A DNA stretch of 64,000 nucleotides. It comes from an uncultured bacterium. GTDB lineage: Bacteria; Patescibacteriota; Minisyncoccia; UBA6257; 2-01-FULL-56-20. The notes beneath the pieces are model-generated. The model saw only the letters and a list, made by a program, of their open reading frames with translations, ran no database searches and was not told the DNA's origin. The stretch spans positions 32,001-96,000 of the forward strand of contig CAWJQC010000004.1 of assembly GCA_963844965.1 (NCBI GenBank), given 5' to 3'. Shown one piece after another: positions 27,885 through 38,945 of the stretch (positions within the stretch are counted from its first letter, which is position 1; every line of letters begins with the position of its first letter). A program made the position numbers and the translations under genes.

Positions 27885-28646
27885 TCAAATCTTGGTTAGT
27901 ATTCTTGTTCCCTGTTCTGTTATAGCAACCGTATGTTCCCAATGAGCGGATGGTGAGCCGTCGGCGGTGATAAAACTATCGTCGGCGAGCTGCTTTGTCG
28001 CCCCGGAGCCCATCGCTACCATCGGCTCAATCGCGAGCACCATTCCTGGCACAAGTTCTTCGCCTTCGCCTTTGCGGCCAAAATTCAGAACTTGCGGCTC
28101 TTCGTGAAGGTCGCGGCCGATACCGTGACCCGTGAGCGAACGAACGACCGAGAAACCATTTTTTGTCACGAACTTTTCAATAGCACAACCGATGTCCCCC
28201 ACCATTTTTCCAGGCCTCGCTTCCGCAATACCAATATTAAGTGCTTCTCTCGTGACGTGAATTAATTTCTGTGCTTCACGGCCGATAGCGCCAACGGGAA
28301 CGGTAATCGCCGAATCGGAATAAAATCCCTTGTATTTTAGTCCCAAATCCAATTTAAGAAGATCGCCGCTCTTCAGCGCGTAATCCGACGGCAACCCGTG
28401 CACGACAACGTCGTTCAGGGATGCGCAAATCGTAAATGGATATGGCTTTTCGGAGCCCGCTGGTCGGTAACCCAAAAACGCCGGCTCGGCTCCAGATTCT
28501 TTTATCAGCTTCTTCGCCAATTTGTCCAAAAAAATTGTGGTGACGCCCGCGCGGACCTCTTTCCTAAGCGCCTCAACAACCGAAGCGAGCCGCTGCCCAG
28601 CCTCGGCCATGATTTCAACCTCAGCGGGAGTTTTTATGGTGGTCAT
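27885..28646 (-). CDS. map: Methionine aminopeptidase type I.
   Basis: Pita-bread fold motifs ...VVHG..., ...HGIGR..., ...AIEPM. Confidence 0.85.
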   Translation of the reverse strand: MTTIKTPAEVEIMAEAGQRLASVVEALRKEVRAGVTTIFLDKLAKKLIKESGAEPAFLGYRPAGSEKPYPFTICASLNDVVVHGLPSDYALKSGDLLKLDLGLKYKGFYSDSAITVPVGAIGREAQKLIHVTREALNIGIAEARPGKMVGDIGCAIEKFVTKNGFSVVRSLTGHGIGRDLHEEPQVLNFGRKGEGEELVPGMVLAIEPMVAMGSGATKQLADDSFITADGSPSAHWEHTVAITEQGTRILTKI

Positions 28647-29401
28647 TACGAAAACAAAACCCGATAAAAGTCCACTGAGCCGGCGGAGGCCTTCCTCACG
28701 GTGGTTTTTCTGCCGATGCCGCGCGTTCGCAGCATAATCGTACCAATTATCTTGTTGAGCACTTTATATGGCGCGGCTCTGGCGTTAATAACTTCCAGGT
28801 TGTAACCCAATTTATCCAAAATATTGAAAACCGGCTCGGTGCGATTCTTATACTCCTTAAGACGTACCTTGATCACCTCCGGTTTATCCAATGAACGTCT
28901 GTAAAAATTTCCGCCGCACACGGGGCAATACCTCGGCTTAACCTTGGGGTAATATTTCGCAAGCAGCGTGTAGCCGCAGGATTTACACACCATGCGGGCG
29001 CCGTTTCTCTTGATTGAATATTCTGCCGGCAGCCGCAACTCAAAAATAAATATATTCTCCCGGCCATAAAGCCGATCCAAAATCGGCATAAGCCGCTCGC
29101 CTTCGTAAACGGTGCGCGGCGAGCCGCTGAAAGCGACGCCGAATCCCGCCTGCGCGATCTTCGTGACCGCGTTCGCCACCTCGCGCGAAACAAAGCTCGG
29201 TGTCATCAAAATCCCGCCATCAAAAAGTTTCCGCTCGCGCTTTACAATTTTTTCTTTCTGCCGCGCCTGGTCGTGCACAACCGATTCCAAAAATTTTCCC
29301 GTGTCAAAATGAATCAGGTTCAGTTTTTGCGCCAATAAATTCGCCTGTGTTCCCTTACCCGAACCCGGCGGCCCGTAAATTATAATGGCGATTTTTTTCA
29401 T
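28646..29401 (-). CDS. adk: Adenylate kinase (Zn-LID) with a C-terminal extension.
   Basis: GPPGSGKGTQ. Lid CKSCGY...CPVCGG. Confidence 0.85.
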   Translation of the reverse strand: MKKIAIIIYGPPGSGKGTQANLLAQKLNLIHFDTGKFLESVVHDQARQKEKIVKRERKLFDGGILMTPSFVSREVANAVTKIAQAGFGVAFSGSPRTVYEGERLMPILDRLYGRENIFIFELRLPAEYSIKRNGARMVCKSCGYTLLAKYYPKVKPRYCPVCGGNFYRRSLDKPEVIKVRLKEYKNRTEPVFNILDKLGYNLEVINARAAPYKVLNKIIGTIMLRTRGIGRKTTVRKASAGSVDFYRVLFS

Positions 29402-29648
29402 CCCGTTAGAGACAGGGAACGCTTCGCCAGTTAGACGAACCGCTATCTGTCATTATTATTTTTGATAAATGAAGTTGGTTTGTGTAAATTAAGCGTCCCC
29501 GTAGCGAAGCGGTCTCTAACGGGATTCATGCACTTGAAACAATTCTAACACAAGATGCCCCTGCAATTTAAGGGGGATTTATGCACAGCAAATCGGCACA
29601 CGCCATGTCGCGACAAACAAAAACCCCGATTCTCATCGGGGATGCAAA

Positions 29649-30314
29649 CTATTCCGGCTCAATACCAAGAACATCGCAAACGGCGCAGAAAAGGCGCTCT
29701 TTCTTCTTTTTGAAACCTGTAGAATTATCAATTACCGTCAAATTTCTGTGTGGTCGCCAACCGGCGAGAATGCGCCGATCCAAAGCGCGGGCTTTTTTAG
29801 GGGTCTCGTATCTCACTTCGTTGCTTTTATTCCCATAATGCTTCTCTGCGCCCAACGCGGCCGTCACAAGGTGTATCACGGCGTCGTATCTCGTATAGAT
29901 GTCGTGAAGCAACATTTCCTTGTCTTTCAAAATCTTTTCCAATGAAACTAGACCGTCGTATCCAACCCGATCGACGATTCCACGATCGCACAAGATTACT
30001 ATATTTTCACGGGGCAAGGTTTTTGCCAAAACCTCAGTCCCGTCTTCAAGGGCTAGTTGCAAATCAACAATATATCTCCCCATAAGGAAAGAGGTGTGTG
30101 AATCTTCCGCAACAATTCTCTTTATGTCGTATGCGCCCGTGCCTATACCGAAAAGGATGGTTGCAGCTTCCGGAACGAGCAATGGTTGCCAACCAGCCGC
30201 CTTCAACTTTCTAACGACGTACTTTATTCCCAGCGTTTTTCCCGAACAAGGCCCACCGGTAATGGCAATCTTTATAATCCTTCCCATTTGCGACCTCCCG
30301 GAAGATAATTTCAA
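29649..30314 (-). CDS. P-loop NTPase (AAA_28-like predicted ATPase/kinase).
   Basis: Walker A ITGGPCSGKT. Confidence 0.55.
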   Translation of the reverse strand: MKLSSGRSQMGRIIKIAITGGPCSGKTLGIKYVVRKLKAAGWQPLLVPEAATILFGIGTGAYDIKRIVAEDSHTSFLMGRYIVDLQLALEDGTEVLAKTLPRENIVILCDRGIVDRVGYDGLVSLEKILKDKEMLLHDIYTRYDAVIHLVTAALGAEKHYGNKSNEVRYETPKKARALDRRILAGWRPHRNLTVIDNSTGFKKKKERLFCAVCDVLGIEPE

Positions 30315-30444
30315 TTTCGCTGCCTAAAATATATCAGAACCTTAAAATTTGTGCAACAAAAAGTTTTGTATGGTAGCGGTCAATGGACAACAACGTAGGA
30401 ATGATTTAGAATTTAGTCAGCATCACAAAATACGGGAGGTGGCA

Positions 30445-30801
30445 ATGGCTACTAAGAAAAAATTCAGATTGACGAAGAAAGAGCGCACAAAACGGAATCC
30501 GAAAGGAAAAATTTCCCGCCGAATTGCCGAATTGCGCCGGAAATTTAAAAAATTTTCAAAGACGCCTACAGACAACGTGTCTATTCGTTCCTTGGTTCGC
30601 TCTAATATTAAGCGCAAGATTAAGATGCTGAACGACCACCTGAAGGGCAAGATTGATATTTTTGCCGAGATTGCGAACGAAAAACCCAAGACCGAAGTTC
30701 TGCGTTCGGCAGAGCAGCAATTATCTTTAGCTCAAATCAGGGTAGACACGCTCAAGAAAGAATTGCAGAGAATTGTCTGGCTCAAAGATTTGGTCGGTTA
30801 G
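30445..30801 (+). CDS. Highly basic hypothetical protein.
   Basis: MATKKKFRLTKKERTKRNPKGK.... Confidence 0.4.
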   Translation: MATKKKFRLTKKERTKRNPKGKISRRIAELRRKFKKFSKTPTDNVSIRSLVRSNIKRKIKMLNDHLKGKIDIFAEIANEKPKTEVLRSAEQQLSLAQIRVDTLKKELQRIVWLKDLVG

Positions 30802-30987
30802 ATGTGGAATTTACCAGACAAAATAACGGCGCCCCCTCGGCGCCGGATTTTTTTCGGCAGTTGCACATGCTTAGTTATCTAAATTTTCCCAATGCGGAGG
30901 CCATTGCCTCTCAAAAAAGAAAGGGCCGGATTATCCATCCGGACCCTGCGGCCTGCCGTGGCCGCTTCAAACCGGTCTCGCCCCGCC

Positions 30988-31422
30988 TCATTTGCCAACT
31001 TTCGGAGTGACGTCAGCCGCCGGAACGGCAAACTTGATCTCTTCTATGTCGCTGCCAAAGTCAGTACCAAGGTTATAGACAAACCTACCAACACATACCT
31101 GCTCTCCGACTACCATCTTCAACCCTGGTTTAACAGGAACAGAACGGATCCTGTCACGCTGACTCTTGATTGCGACCCTGTCGAGGCCGAGGACCCCATC
31201 AGGTATCACCTTCACGACGGTATAACGATAATCGTCAATGCCCTTGACATAGATGCGCAGGGACTCCCGACTGACGAGATCAATGTCTTTTTGTTCGCGC
31301 AACGCTTCTTGCTTGACGACATCGCGGGCGTGATCGTAGGCGGGTTGAGTTGCCCTCCAAACGATTCCCGCCAGAAGCAATACCGCAGAAATTAATAAAG
31401 CGACCGTAAAGTTCTTCCCCAT
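30988..31422 (-). CDS. Membrane-anchored hypothetical protein.
   Basis: N-terminal TM helix followed by a soluble domain. Confidence 0.4.
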   Translation of the reverse strand: MGKNFTVALLISAVLLLAGIVWRATQPAYDHARDVVKQEALREQKDIDLVSRESLRIYVKGIDDYRYTVVKVIPDGVLGLDRVAIKSQRDRIRSVPVKPGLKMVVGEQVCVGRFVYNLGTDFGSDIEEIKFAVPAADVTPKVGK

Positions 31423-31907
31423 GTTTCTTCCCTCCGATTTGAGATACCCAACCAGAAAAAGCTGGGCTATAAGACCGAAAACTAGATTGTGCAGAACTAC
31501 TTATATGTTAGCATATAGTCAATAATAAGTCAAGTGCTTAAAAACGCTTGATTTTGTTGGCTAAAACGTACTTCGCCCTGCTATCAAGAAAGCGCACGGA
31601 GATTCTTCGCATGGCTCAGAATGACACCGGCTCTTTATAAAAAATCCGTTTTGCGCCAGCAAAACTCCTTATTTCCTACAGCATTGAGGGATGTTTCTTT
31701 GGAACCAGAAGCGGAGGCCGCGCAAAAATGAATGAGTGCGGCGAAGATTTTTAAAAGCCGATTTTGCCGTGAGGCAAAATCACCTTAAGCACTCGCAGAA
31801 GTTTTTGTTTCGCGAGGGTGTATCGCAGGAGCGAAGGCGACGAGATGCAGCGCGTTTTCAGCAGAAAACGACGCGACCATCGCGAAATAAAAACTGGAGC
31901 TACTCGA

Positions 31908-33172
31908 TGCCCTCGTATTCGCGAACCGTCAGCTGCGAATCCACCTGCCTCATTGTCTCCAAGCGCTACCGCGACAACGATCAGAAGCGCCGTGCCCGAA
32001 ATATTCAGGACCTGGACGCCGGTAAAGCGCTGGATGACGAGCGGCAAAACCGCGATCAAACCCAGAAACGCTGCGCCGAAAAACGTGATGCGGTTAACGA
32101 TACCGGAAAAGAATTGGGTGGTCGCCTCGCCGGGCCGGATACCCGGAACGAATCCGCCACCCTTCTGGAGATTTTTGGCGACCTCTTCCGGATTGAACGT
32201 AATGGCGGTGTAGAAATATGTGAAAATGAAAACCAGGGCGAAGTAGAAAATTCCGTAAAAAATCTGATTGTTCAAAAACGCCGTCACGAAGCCGTTTATT
32301 TTAAGCGCGAGACTCGGAGAAAAAATGGTCGCGGCCTGAGCGATGAACTGCGGGAACAGAAGGACCGAGATCGCGAATATCAAGGGAATCATTCCGGCCT
32401 GGTTCACCTTGAGCGGTAGATAGCTTTGCGCGCCGCCATACATTTTCATGCCGCGAACCCGCCGCGCGTAGGCGACGGGAATTTTCCGTTCTCCCTCGTT
32501 CAGATAAACCACGCCGGCGATAAGCAAGACGGCCACTACAACGAAACCGATATACGTCGGCAAAAGCGCCGGCTGATACGAAAGAAGCGCGAGTCCGAAA
32601 GACGAAGGCAGACGGCTCACGATACCCGCTAAAATTATGAGCGATATGCCGTTCCCCACCTTCTCTTCGCTTATAAGTTCTCCGAGCCACAAGGCGAGCA
32701 TGGAACCCGTAACGATTACCACGACGTTCCTTATCATACTGAAAGGATCCGGCCTGTCTATGACGTTCTGGGATATGAGGAGCGTCAAAAATCCGTAAGC
32801 CGAAACGACGGCCAGCGGCACGGTTATGAAACGCGAGTAGCGGTTGAACTTCGCCTGGCCGCGGGCTCCTTCCTCGTAATACATCTGCTTAAACTTCGGG
32901 AAAATAATCGTGAGAAGCTGCATGATGATCGTAGCCGTGATATATGGTCCAACGCCAAGCATGACAACGGACATGTTCACAAGTCCGCCGCCCGAGAAGA
33001 AATTCAAAAATCCTAAGAGCTGATTGGAGTTGAAATAATTCTGAAGTCTAAGCGCGTCCACCCCCGGAATAGGTATCGCGGCCAGGAGCCGGTAAGCGAT
33101 CAAAAACAGTGCGACCTTCAAAATTTTGTTGCGAAGGTCCTTGATTTTAAAAATTTGGAGGAATCTGTTCAT
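31908..33172 (-). CDS. secY: Preprotein translocase SecY. A 1-nt frameshift near 31955 creates an artificial C-terminal extension in the ORF track.
   Basis: 10-TM SecY. The true C-terminus ...ALLIVVAVAL.ETMRQVDSQLTVREYEGIE* is in the alternative frame. Confidence 0.8.
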
Positions 33173-33264
33173 CTCAATAGTAAACCGCAGAATGCGACGT
33201 ATTTAATGGTTGCTTGATCGCGGTTGTGTCAAATCCGATCATTTTACATGTCGCGTTGTCCATT

Positions 33265-33705
33265 CTACTTTATTGTGCCGCCGGCTTTTTCAATCTTCTC
33301 CTTGGCGCTTTTTGATACCCCGATGCCTTCCACCGCAACCGGCACGGTAATTTCCCCGTCACCTAAGATTTTAACATCTCCCGGGTAATTCGCCTTCAAA
33401 AGTCCGCTTTGCGCCAAAAAATCCTTGTCCAGCAAAATTTGCTTCCCGCCGCTTCCGGCGACCTTCAGAACAAGCGACAAATCGTCAAGATTGAATATCG
33501 TAGGCTTGGAACTCTTCGGTTTGTTCCTAAAACCCCGGCGTTTGGGAATGCGCAAAATCAAGTCGCGCTCCGCTGGGCGAATCCTGTGGCCAGCCCTGGA
33601 TTTTTGACCCTTCTGTCCGCGTCCGGAAGTCGTGCCGCGCTTGCCGCCGCGGCCAATGCGCTGCGCCTTCTTGTGGCTTTTAACTTGTAGTTGATGCAGT
33701 TGCAT
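33265..33705 (-). CDS. rplO: 50S ribosomal protein L15.
   Basis: GRGGKRGTTSGRGQKGQKSR. Confidence 0.85.
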   Translation of the reverse strand: MQLHQLQVKSHKKAQRIGRGGKRGTTSGRGQKGQKSRAGHRIRPAERDLILRIPKRRGFRNKPKSSKPTIFNLDDLSLVLKVAGSGGKQILLDKDFLAQSGLLKANYPGDVKILGDGEITVPVAVEGIGVSKSAKEKIEKAGGTIK

Positions 33706-34170
33706 TTAGGCTTTAAGTTTCTTCAACGCTTCTATGGTCGCCAGGGCATTAGTCAGTTTATTTGGCGTTCTGCCGAGACATTTTGCCGTCGCGTCCTTTA
33801 CGCCGGCCAAAGACAGCACAAATCTTACCGCCCCGCCCGCCCTAAGACCGTGCCCGGCCACGGCCGGTTTGAGCAATACCTCAGCCGCGCTGAACTTCGC
33901 CGTTACTTCGTGGGCTATCGTGCGGCCGTCCTTCAGATTCACTTTCAAAATATTTTTCTTCGCCGCCGACTTTGATTTGGCGATTGCCTGCTGGACATCC
34001 GCGCCCTTGGCAACCCCTATCCCGACTCTGCCCTTCTCGTCACCAATGACCAAAGTCGCCCGGAAACGGAATCTTTTGCCTCCGGCGACAACGCGCGTCA
34101 CGCGGCGAAGGTCCAGAACCTTCTCCTTGAATTCCTCCCTTTTTGCGATTGTTTCTCTACGCTTGAACAT
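33706..34170 (-). CDS. rpsE: 30S ribosomal protein S5. It is directly adjacent to rplO, with no rpmD/L30.
   Basis: LDLRRVTRVVAGGKRFRFRATLVIGD. Confidence 0.85.
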   Translation of the reverse strand: MFKRRETIAKREEFKEKVLDLRRVTRVVAGGKRFRFRATLVIGDEKGRVGIGVAKGADVQQAIAKSKSAAKKNILKVNLKDGRTIAHEVTAKFSAAEVLLKPAVAGHGLRAGGAVRFVLSLAGVKDATAKCLGRTPNKLTNALATIEALKKLKA

Positions 34171-34315
34171 GTTGGCGTTAAATTTCTAATATCTAATTTC
34201 TAATTTCTAAACAATATTTGAAATTCCAATGACAAAAACTTAAAATGGTCTGTTTTCAATTTGGGACTTAGAAATTGGGGTTTGTTTAGGATTTAGAAAT
34301 TAGGAATTAGGGCTT

Positions 34316-34678
34316 TTATATCCTAAGTCCGCCCTTTCTGGCTCCTTCGGCCAGCGCTTTGACGCGACCATGGTACTTATACGCGCGGCGGTCCAACACC
34401 GCCTCCTTGACGCCCAACTCCACCGCTCTTTTCGCGATGAGTTCGCCGACCATCAGAGCTTCTTCGCTTTTGGATTTCTTCGCAGCCTTAATTTCGCGCG
34501 ACGACGCCTGGGCAAGAGTGTGCGATTTGCCATCATCGATCAGCTGAGCGTAAATGGAACGACTGCTCCGCGAAACCGCAAGACGCGGCTTCGTGGCCGT
34601 GCCAAAAATCCTGGCTCTGTTACGCGCCGTCCGCCGCACCCTTTTTTCGTTTAACAGTTTTTTCGGATTCATATCCAA
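34316..34678 (-). CDS. rplR: 50S ribosomal protein L18.
   Basis: [18 protein letters not shown]. Confidence 0.85.
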   Translation of the reverse strand: MDMNPKKLLNEKRVRRTARNRARIFGTATKPRLAVSRSSRSIYAQLIDDGKSHTLAQASSREIKAAKKSKSEEALMVGELIAKRAVELGVKEAVLDRRAYKYHGRVKALAEGARKGGLRI

Positions 34679-34682
34679 AGCA

Positions 34683-35246
34683 TTATGCCGGGGCCGTTGT
34701 CGCCGCTCCGGCTTTTTTGCCGACTTTTCGCTTTATTACCTCGCCGCGATAGTGTATCCCCTTTCCCTTATATGGTTCGGGCTTCTTCAGCGCCCTGATA
34801 TTCGCGGCCACCTTGCCGACCAGATCTTTATCAATGCCGGAAATCTTTATCGCGTTCTTCTCTACCACTACGGCAATGCCTTCCGGAATTTTCAGGCGAA
34901 CCGGTTGCGCGTACCCCAAGAAAAGAACAAGCTCGTTCTTTTCGGTTTGAGCGCGATAGCCAACGCCCTCAATTTCCAGATTCTTCTCAAAGCCATTTGT
35001 GACTCCCTCAACGGAATTTTTAACCAGAGACCAAGCCGTGCCAGCAAGCGCCCGAGCGCGTCCCTCGTTGTCAGTTCCTTCGATCCGGATATCCTCACCC
35101 TCTACCTTAACACGAATTCCCGGATTGACGGCAATCTTTATTTCCCCGCGAGGTCCCTTAAAGATCAAAAAGGAACCCTCGTTTTTCACGGTAACGCCCG
35201 GCGGTAATTTGACTGGTTTTTTGATTAAACGGCTCATTGATAACAA
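34683..35246 (-). CDS. rplF: 50S ribosomal protein L6.
   Basis: [17 protein letters not shown]. Confidence 0.85.
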   Translation of the reverse strand: MLSMSRLIKKPVKLPPGVTVKNEGSFLIFKGPRGEIKIAVNPGIRVKVEGEDIRIEGTDNEGRARALAGTAWSLVKNSVEGVTNGFEKNLEIEGVGYRAQTEKNELVLFLGYAQPVRLKIPEGIAVVVEKNAIKISGIDKDLVGKVAANIRALKKPEPYKGKGIHYRGEVIKRKVGKKAGAATTAPA

Positions 35247-35344
35247 ATGGAAAATGTAAATATCAAAATGTAAAATGACAACCCAAAATGCAAAAATTTT
35301 TAATTCTGAATTGTAATTTTGATTTTTGCATTTTAAATTTTACG

Positions 35345-35725
35345 TTACCATATTTGAAATAAATATTCCCCGCCGACTTTGTTTTTCCTGGCGGTTTTGT
35401 TACTCATTATGCCTTTAGGCGTGGAAATAATACCGACGCCGTAGCCGTGTTTTACCGGCTTCAGGCTTCTGTAATCCGCATAGATGCGCCGGCTCGGCTT
35501 GCTTAATATTTTGAAATCGTTTATGGCCGGTTTTTTACCGCCACCGGCAAGTTTAATTTCTATCGCGCCGCGCACACCGGCACTTTTCTTTTCAACGGCT
35601 TTCACGTAGCCCTCTTCGGCCAAAACTTTGGCGACGGCAAAATCAAACTTTGAGAGGGGGGTGGTGATTTTTTCTTTCCCCGAACGCTCGGCGTTTTTTA
35701 TTTTTACCAGCAGATCGTAGTACAT
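35345..35725 (-). CDS. rpsH: 30S ribosomal protein S8.
   Basis: Starts MYYDLLVKIKNAE. The ORF track's upstream extension is out of frame with rpsN. Confidence 0.8.
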   Translation of the reverse strand: MYYDLLVKIKNAERSGKEKITTPLSKFDFAVAKVLAEEGYVKAVEKKSAGVRGAIEIKLAGGGKKPAINDFKILSKPSRRIYADYRSLKPVKHGYGVGIISTPKGIMSNKTARKNKVGGEYLFQIW

Positions 35726-35733
35726 AAATTTTA

Positions 35734-35919
35734 TTACCAAGACGCCTTTTTGACCCCGGGTATTTCCTGCTGCGTTGCCATTTCCCTGAAGCAAATCCTG
35801 CAAAGATTGAATTTCCTTATGTAGCCGCGTTTTCTGCCGCAACGAAAACACCGCCGCACAATTCGCGTGGAATATTTTGGCGTTTTTTTGCTTCTTGCGA
35901 TGACAGATTCTTTGGCCAT
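35734..35919 (-). CDS. rpsN: 30S ribosomal protein S14 (Zn-ribbon type).
   Basis: C-x2-C...C-x2-C, 61 aa. Confidence 0.85.
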   Translation of the reverse strand: MAKESVIARSKKTPKYSTRIVRRCFRCGRKRGYIRKFNLCRICFREMATQQEIPGVKKASW

Positions 35920-36000
35920 GATTATAAATAAATTTTCAATTTTTAATTTTCAATTTTAAAATGTTTGGAAATTGTAAAATTGAGAATTATAAAATTGTTT

Positions 36001-36519
36001 TCATTTCTTCTTTAGCGGCAATCCTAACTCCCTAAATTTCTCTATCGCCCATTGCCGATCTTTCTTGCGCGGAACGATGCTCACTCCCAACGAAAAAGAG
36101 AGTGGCGATTCTTCCGGCTTCACTTCAGGAAAAACAAATTGTTCTTTAAAGCCGACGTTCAGAACGCCTCCGCGATCAACCGCGCCAAGATCTACCCCCC
36201 TGAAATCTCGGACCCTTGGCCATACTATCTTAACCAAGCGCTCAAAAAAATCAACCATTTTTCCGCGCCTTAATGTAGCTTTCAAGCCGACGATCTGGCC
36301 TTCGCGCACCTTGAAGCCGGATATCGATTTTTTGGCGCGCCTTACCTGAGGCTTCTGGCCCGCAATGAGCGCGATGTCGCGCGATACCTGCGGCAGCCCC
36401 CTTTCCTCAAAGTTGGGGTTTTGAGCTGCGCGACCCACGCCGGCGTCAATGACGATCTTCTCTAAAAACTGTGTTACACGCCGACTGTTCTCGGATTGTT
36501 TTGGCTGTTCGTATTTCAT
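36001..36519 (-). CDS. rplE: 50S ribosomal protein L5.
   Basis: Start taken at MKYEQPKQSENSRRVTQFLEKIVIDAGVG. Confidence 0.8.
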   Translation of the reverse strand: MKYEQPKQSENSRRVTQFLEKIVIDAGVGRAAQNPNFEERGLPQVSRDIALIAGQKPQVRRAKKSISGFKVREGQIVGLKATLRRGKMVDFFERLVKIVWPRVRDFRGVDLGAVDRGGVLNVGFKEQFVFPEVKPEESPLSFSLGVSIVPRKKDRQWAIEKFRELGLPLKKK

Positions 36520-36520
36520 T

Positions 36521-36826
36521 TTATGTTGTGGCATTACATTTCTTGCAATATCGGACTTTTCGCCCAGATTCAAAACGGTAACCAACGCGCGTCGCTTTCT
36601 TGCAACCTGAACATACCAGCATCACCTTGGATGCCGGCATCGGACGCGGAACCATGACCGTTTCGCCTTTCTGCCCCTGTCTCTTCGGACGCACGCGCTT
36701 CTTATAGAGATTTAGTCCTTCAACGGTAGCGCGTCCATCGTCTGGAAAAACATTCAAAACGGTGCCGCTTTTGCCGCGATCTTTGCCGGATAATATTTTA
36801 ACTTGGTCGCCTTTCTTTATGTGCAT
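36521..36826 (-). CDS. rplX: 50S ribosomal protein L24 with a C4 zinc-ribbon in its C-terminal region.
   Basis: MHIKKGDQVKILSGKDRGKSG... CSGC...C..C. Confidence 0.8.
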   Translation of the reverse strand: MHIKKGDQVKILSGKDRGKSGTVLNVFPDDGRATVEGLNLYKKRVRPKRQGQKGETVMVPRPMPASKVMLVCSGCKKATRVGYRFESGRKVRYCKKCNATT

Positions 36827-36837
36827 GATTGAAGTTC

Positions 36838-37207
36838 TTATACAATTTCTTCGGCCATCGTCATTAATTTTTCAAAACCTTTTTCCTTGAGCTCGCGCGG
36901 TAAAGGACCGAAGATCCTGGTCGCTATCGGTTCCTTCTTGGCGTCAATCAGCACAACCGCGTTCTCGTCAAAACGCACGTAAGAACCATCCAAACGCCTT
37001 ATGGGACTCTTTCGTGCGCACGATGAGCACCCGGACGATGTCCTTTTTCTTCACGGTTTTTCTGGGCTCGGCGACCTGAACGGAGGTCACGATAACGTCA
37101 CCCACACCTCCATATCTCCTGCGCGTTGCTCCCAAAATTCTAAAGCAACGGACGATTTTCGCGCCGGAATTATCAGCAACCTTTAAAATACTCCTTTCTT
37201 GTATCAT
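36838..37207 (-). CDS. rplN: 50S ribosomal protein L14. It has a 1-nt frameshift near 36985, so the ORF track truncates it at 79 aa.
   Basis: [17 protein letters not shown]...VRTKE then the alternative frame [21 protein letters not shown]...AEEIV*. Confidence 0.8.
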
Positions 37208-37276
37208 TGCTTTGTAAAATGTTTACTGCGACATGTGAAATGTTTTATTTATATGATCTTTCCATGTCGCTTGTCG

Positions 37277-37537
37277 CTATTCTACTTTTGCCACGATTCT
37301 CCATCTTTTCTCTTTTGATGTCGGCCTTGTTTCCTCTATGACAACCTTATCGCCAACGCGATATTCGTTTTTCTCGTCATGCACTTTAAACCGCGCGGTG
37401 ACCCTATAGTACTTTTGGTACTTGGGATGCTTTTTAAACCTTTCTATTTCAATTACCCTCGTCTTCTGCATCTTGTCGCTTACCACCACGCCCTCAAGCT
37501 TCCTATGATTTAATTTTGCGTTGGATTTTTCCGCCAT
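37277..37537 (-). CDS. rpsQ: 30S ribosomal protein S17.
   Basis: 86-aa OB-fold protein in the conserved position. Confidence 0.8.
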   Translation of the reverse strand: MAEKSNAKLNHRKLEGVVVSDKMQKTRVIEIERFKKHPKYQKYYRVTARFKVHDEKNEYRVGDKVVIEETRPTSKEKRWRIVAKVE

Positions 37538-37542
37538 GATAA

Positions 37543-37752
37543 TTATTTGTTGCCGTTATTTTCGGCCTCGCGCATGAAGGTAAGCACCCTCGCGATATCT
37601 CTGCGCAGTTTTCTTAATTCTTCCACGTTCTTGACCTTGCCGGCTGCCAAATCAAACTTCAAAACTCTTAGGCGCTCTCTCCACTCCTTGAGGAGTTTCG
37701 CAAGTTCCGGCATCGGCTTGGTTTTTAATTCTTGGATCTCTTTACGTTTCAT
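37543..37752 (-). CDS. rpmC: 50S ribosomal protein L29.
   Basis: 69-aa helical protein after rplP. Confidence 0.75.
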   Translation of the reverse strand: MKRKEIQELKTKPMPELAKLLKEWRERLRVLKFDLAAGKVKNVEELRKLRRDIARVLTFMREAENNGNK

Positions 37753-37756
37753 ATCG

Positions 37757-38168
37757 TTATTTACTAATGACCTTGCTTTTGAACGGCAGTTTATATCCGG
37801 CGAGGCGCAGGGCTTCCTTTGCCATATCCCCGTCCACGCCGTCTATTTCAAATATAACCCGACCGGGCTTCACGGGGAATACGTAGTGGTCAACGCTTCC
37901 TTTCCCGCCGCCCATGGTGGTTTCCGGCGGCCGCATGGTGACCGGCTTATCCGGGAAAACGCGTATCCAGAGCCGGCCGCTGCGCTTCAAGTGATTCGTA
38001 ATGGTTTTCCTCGCAGCTTCAATCTGCTTGGAATTCAACCACGACGGCTCAAGCGCCTTCAGACCGTACTCGCCGTAATTCAACCCCAAACCGCGCGTTT
38101 CCACCGGCGCGCTTGCGCGACCTGCCCTTTTGCCACTTCCTATGTTTTACTTTTTTGGGAATCAACAT
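37757..38168 (-). CDS. rplP: 50S ribosomal protein L16, with a frameshift near 38105.
   Basis: The N-terminus [23 protein letters not shown] is in another frame from [17 protein letters not shown].... Confidence 0.8.
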
Positions 38169-38253
38169 GGTTTTATAAATTCGAAACTTAAAAATCAAAA
38201 GGCAAAAGTGGGATTAAAAAGTTTTAAATTTTGACCTTTGATTTTGTTATTTG

Positions 38254-38937
38254 CTACTTTTTGTTTTCTGTTTTGTCTTTTTGGAATATCTCTCCTTTAT
38301 ATATCCAAACCTTGACTCCCACCGTTCCATACGTGGTGTAGGCGACGGCGTGGCCGTAATCTATATTGGCGCGGAGGGTGTGGAGCGGCAAAGAACCGCC
38401 CTGCGCCGCAAGCCACTCGCGCCTCGCAATCTCGTTGCCGTCAAGCCGGCCGGAAAGAAGCACTTTTGCGCCTTTCACTTCCTTGTTTTGTTTGACGCCT
38501 TCAAGATATTTTTTCATCGTCCTGCGGTAAGGCATGCGTTTTTCCAGATCCCAGGCGATCTGCTGCGCAACGTATTGTGCAGAAATTTCGGACCTTTTCA
38601 GTTCCTCAACGTTCACACTCAAGTTCCCGGTCAATTTCTTGACTCCCTTGAGCTTCCTTACTGCCGCCTCAATCGCCTTGTTCAGTTCTTCTATGCCTTT
38701 GCCGCCCCTGCCGATTATGAAACCCGGCCTTGCGGCTTTTATCCAAATCTTGATATTTCCGCCGGTGCGTTCTATCTCCACGGCAGCGATGCCCGCCTGC
38801 CCGATTTTATCCGTAATCACCCTTCTAACTGCTTCATCCTCTTCCAGAAATTTTGCGTAATTCTTGGAAAACCAGCGCACTGGCCAATTCTTGGTAACAC
38901 CAAGCCGATATGATAACGGATTTATTTTTTGTCCCAT
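38254..38937 (-). CDS. rpsC: 30S ribosomal protein S3.
   Basis: MGQKINPLSYRLGVTKNW. KH domain. Confidence 0.9.
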   Translation of the reverse strand: MGQKINPLSYRLGVTKNWPVRWFSKNYAKFLEEDEAVRRVITDKIGQAGIAAVEIERTGGNIKIWIKAARPGFIIGRGGKGIEELNKAIEAAVRKLKGVKKLTGNLSVNVEELKRSEISAQYVAQQIAWDLEKRMPYRRTMKKYLEGVKQNKEVKGAKVLLSGRLDGNEIARREWLAAQGGSLPLHTLRANIDYGHAVAYTTYGTVGVKVWIYKGEIFQKDKTENKK

Positions 38938-38945
38938 GATTTTAT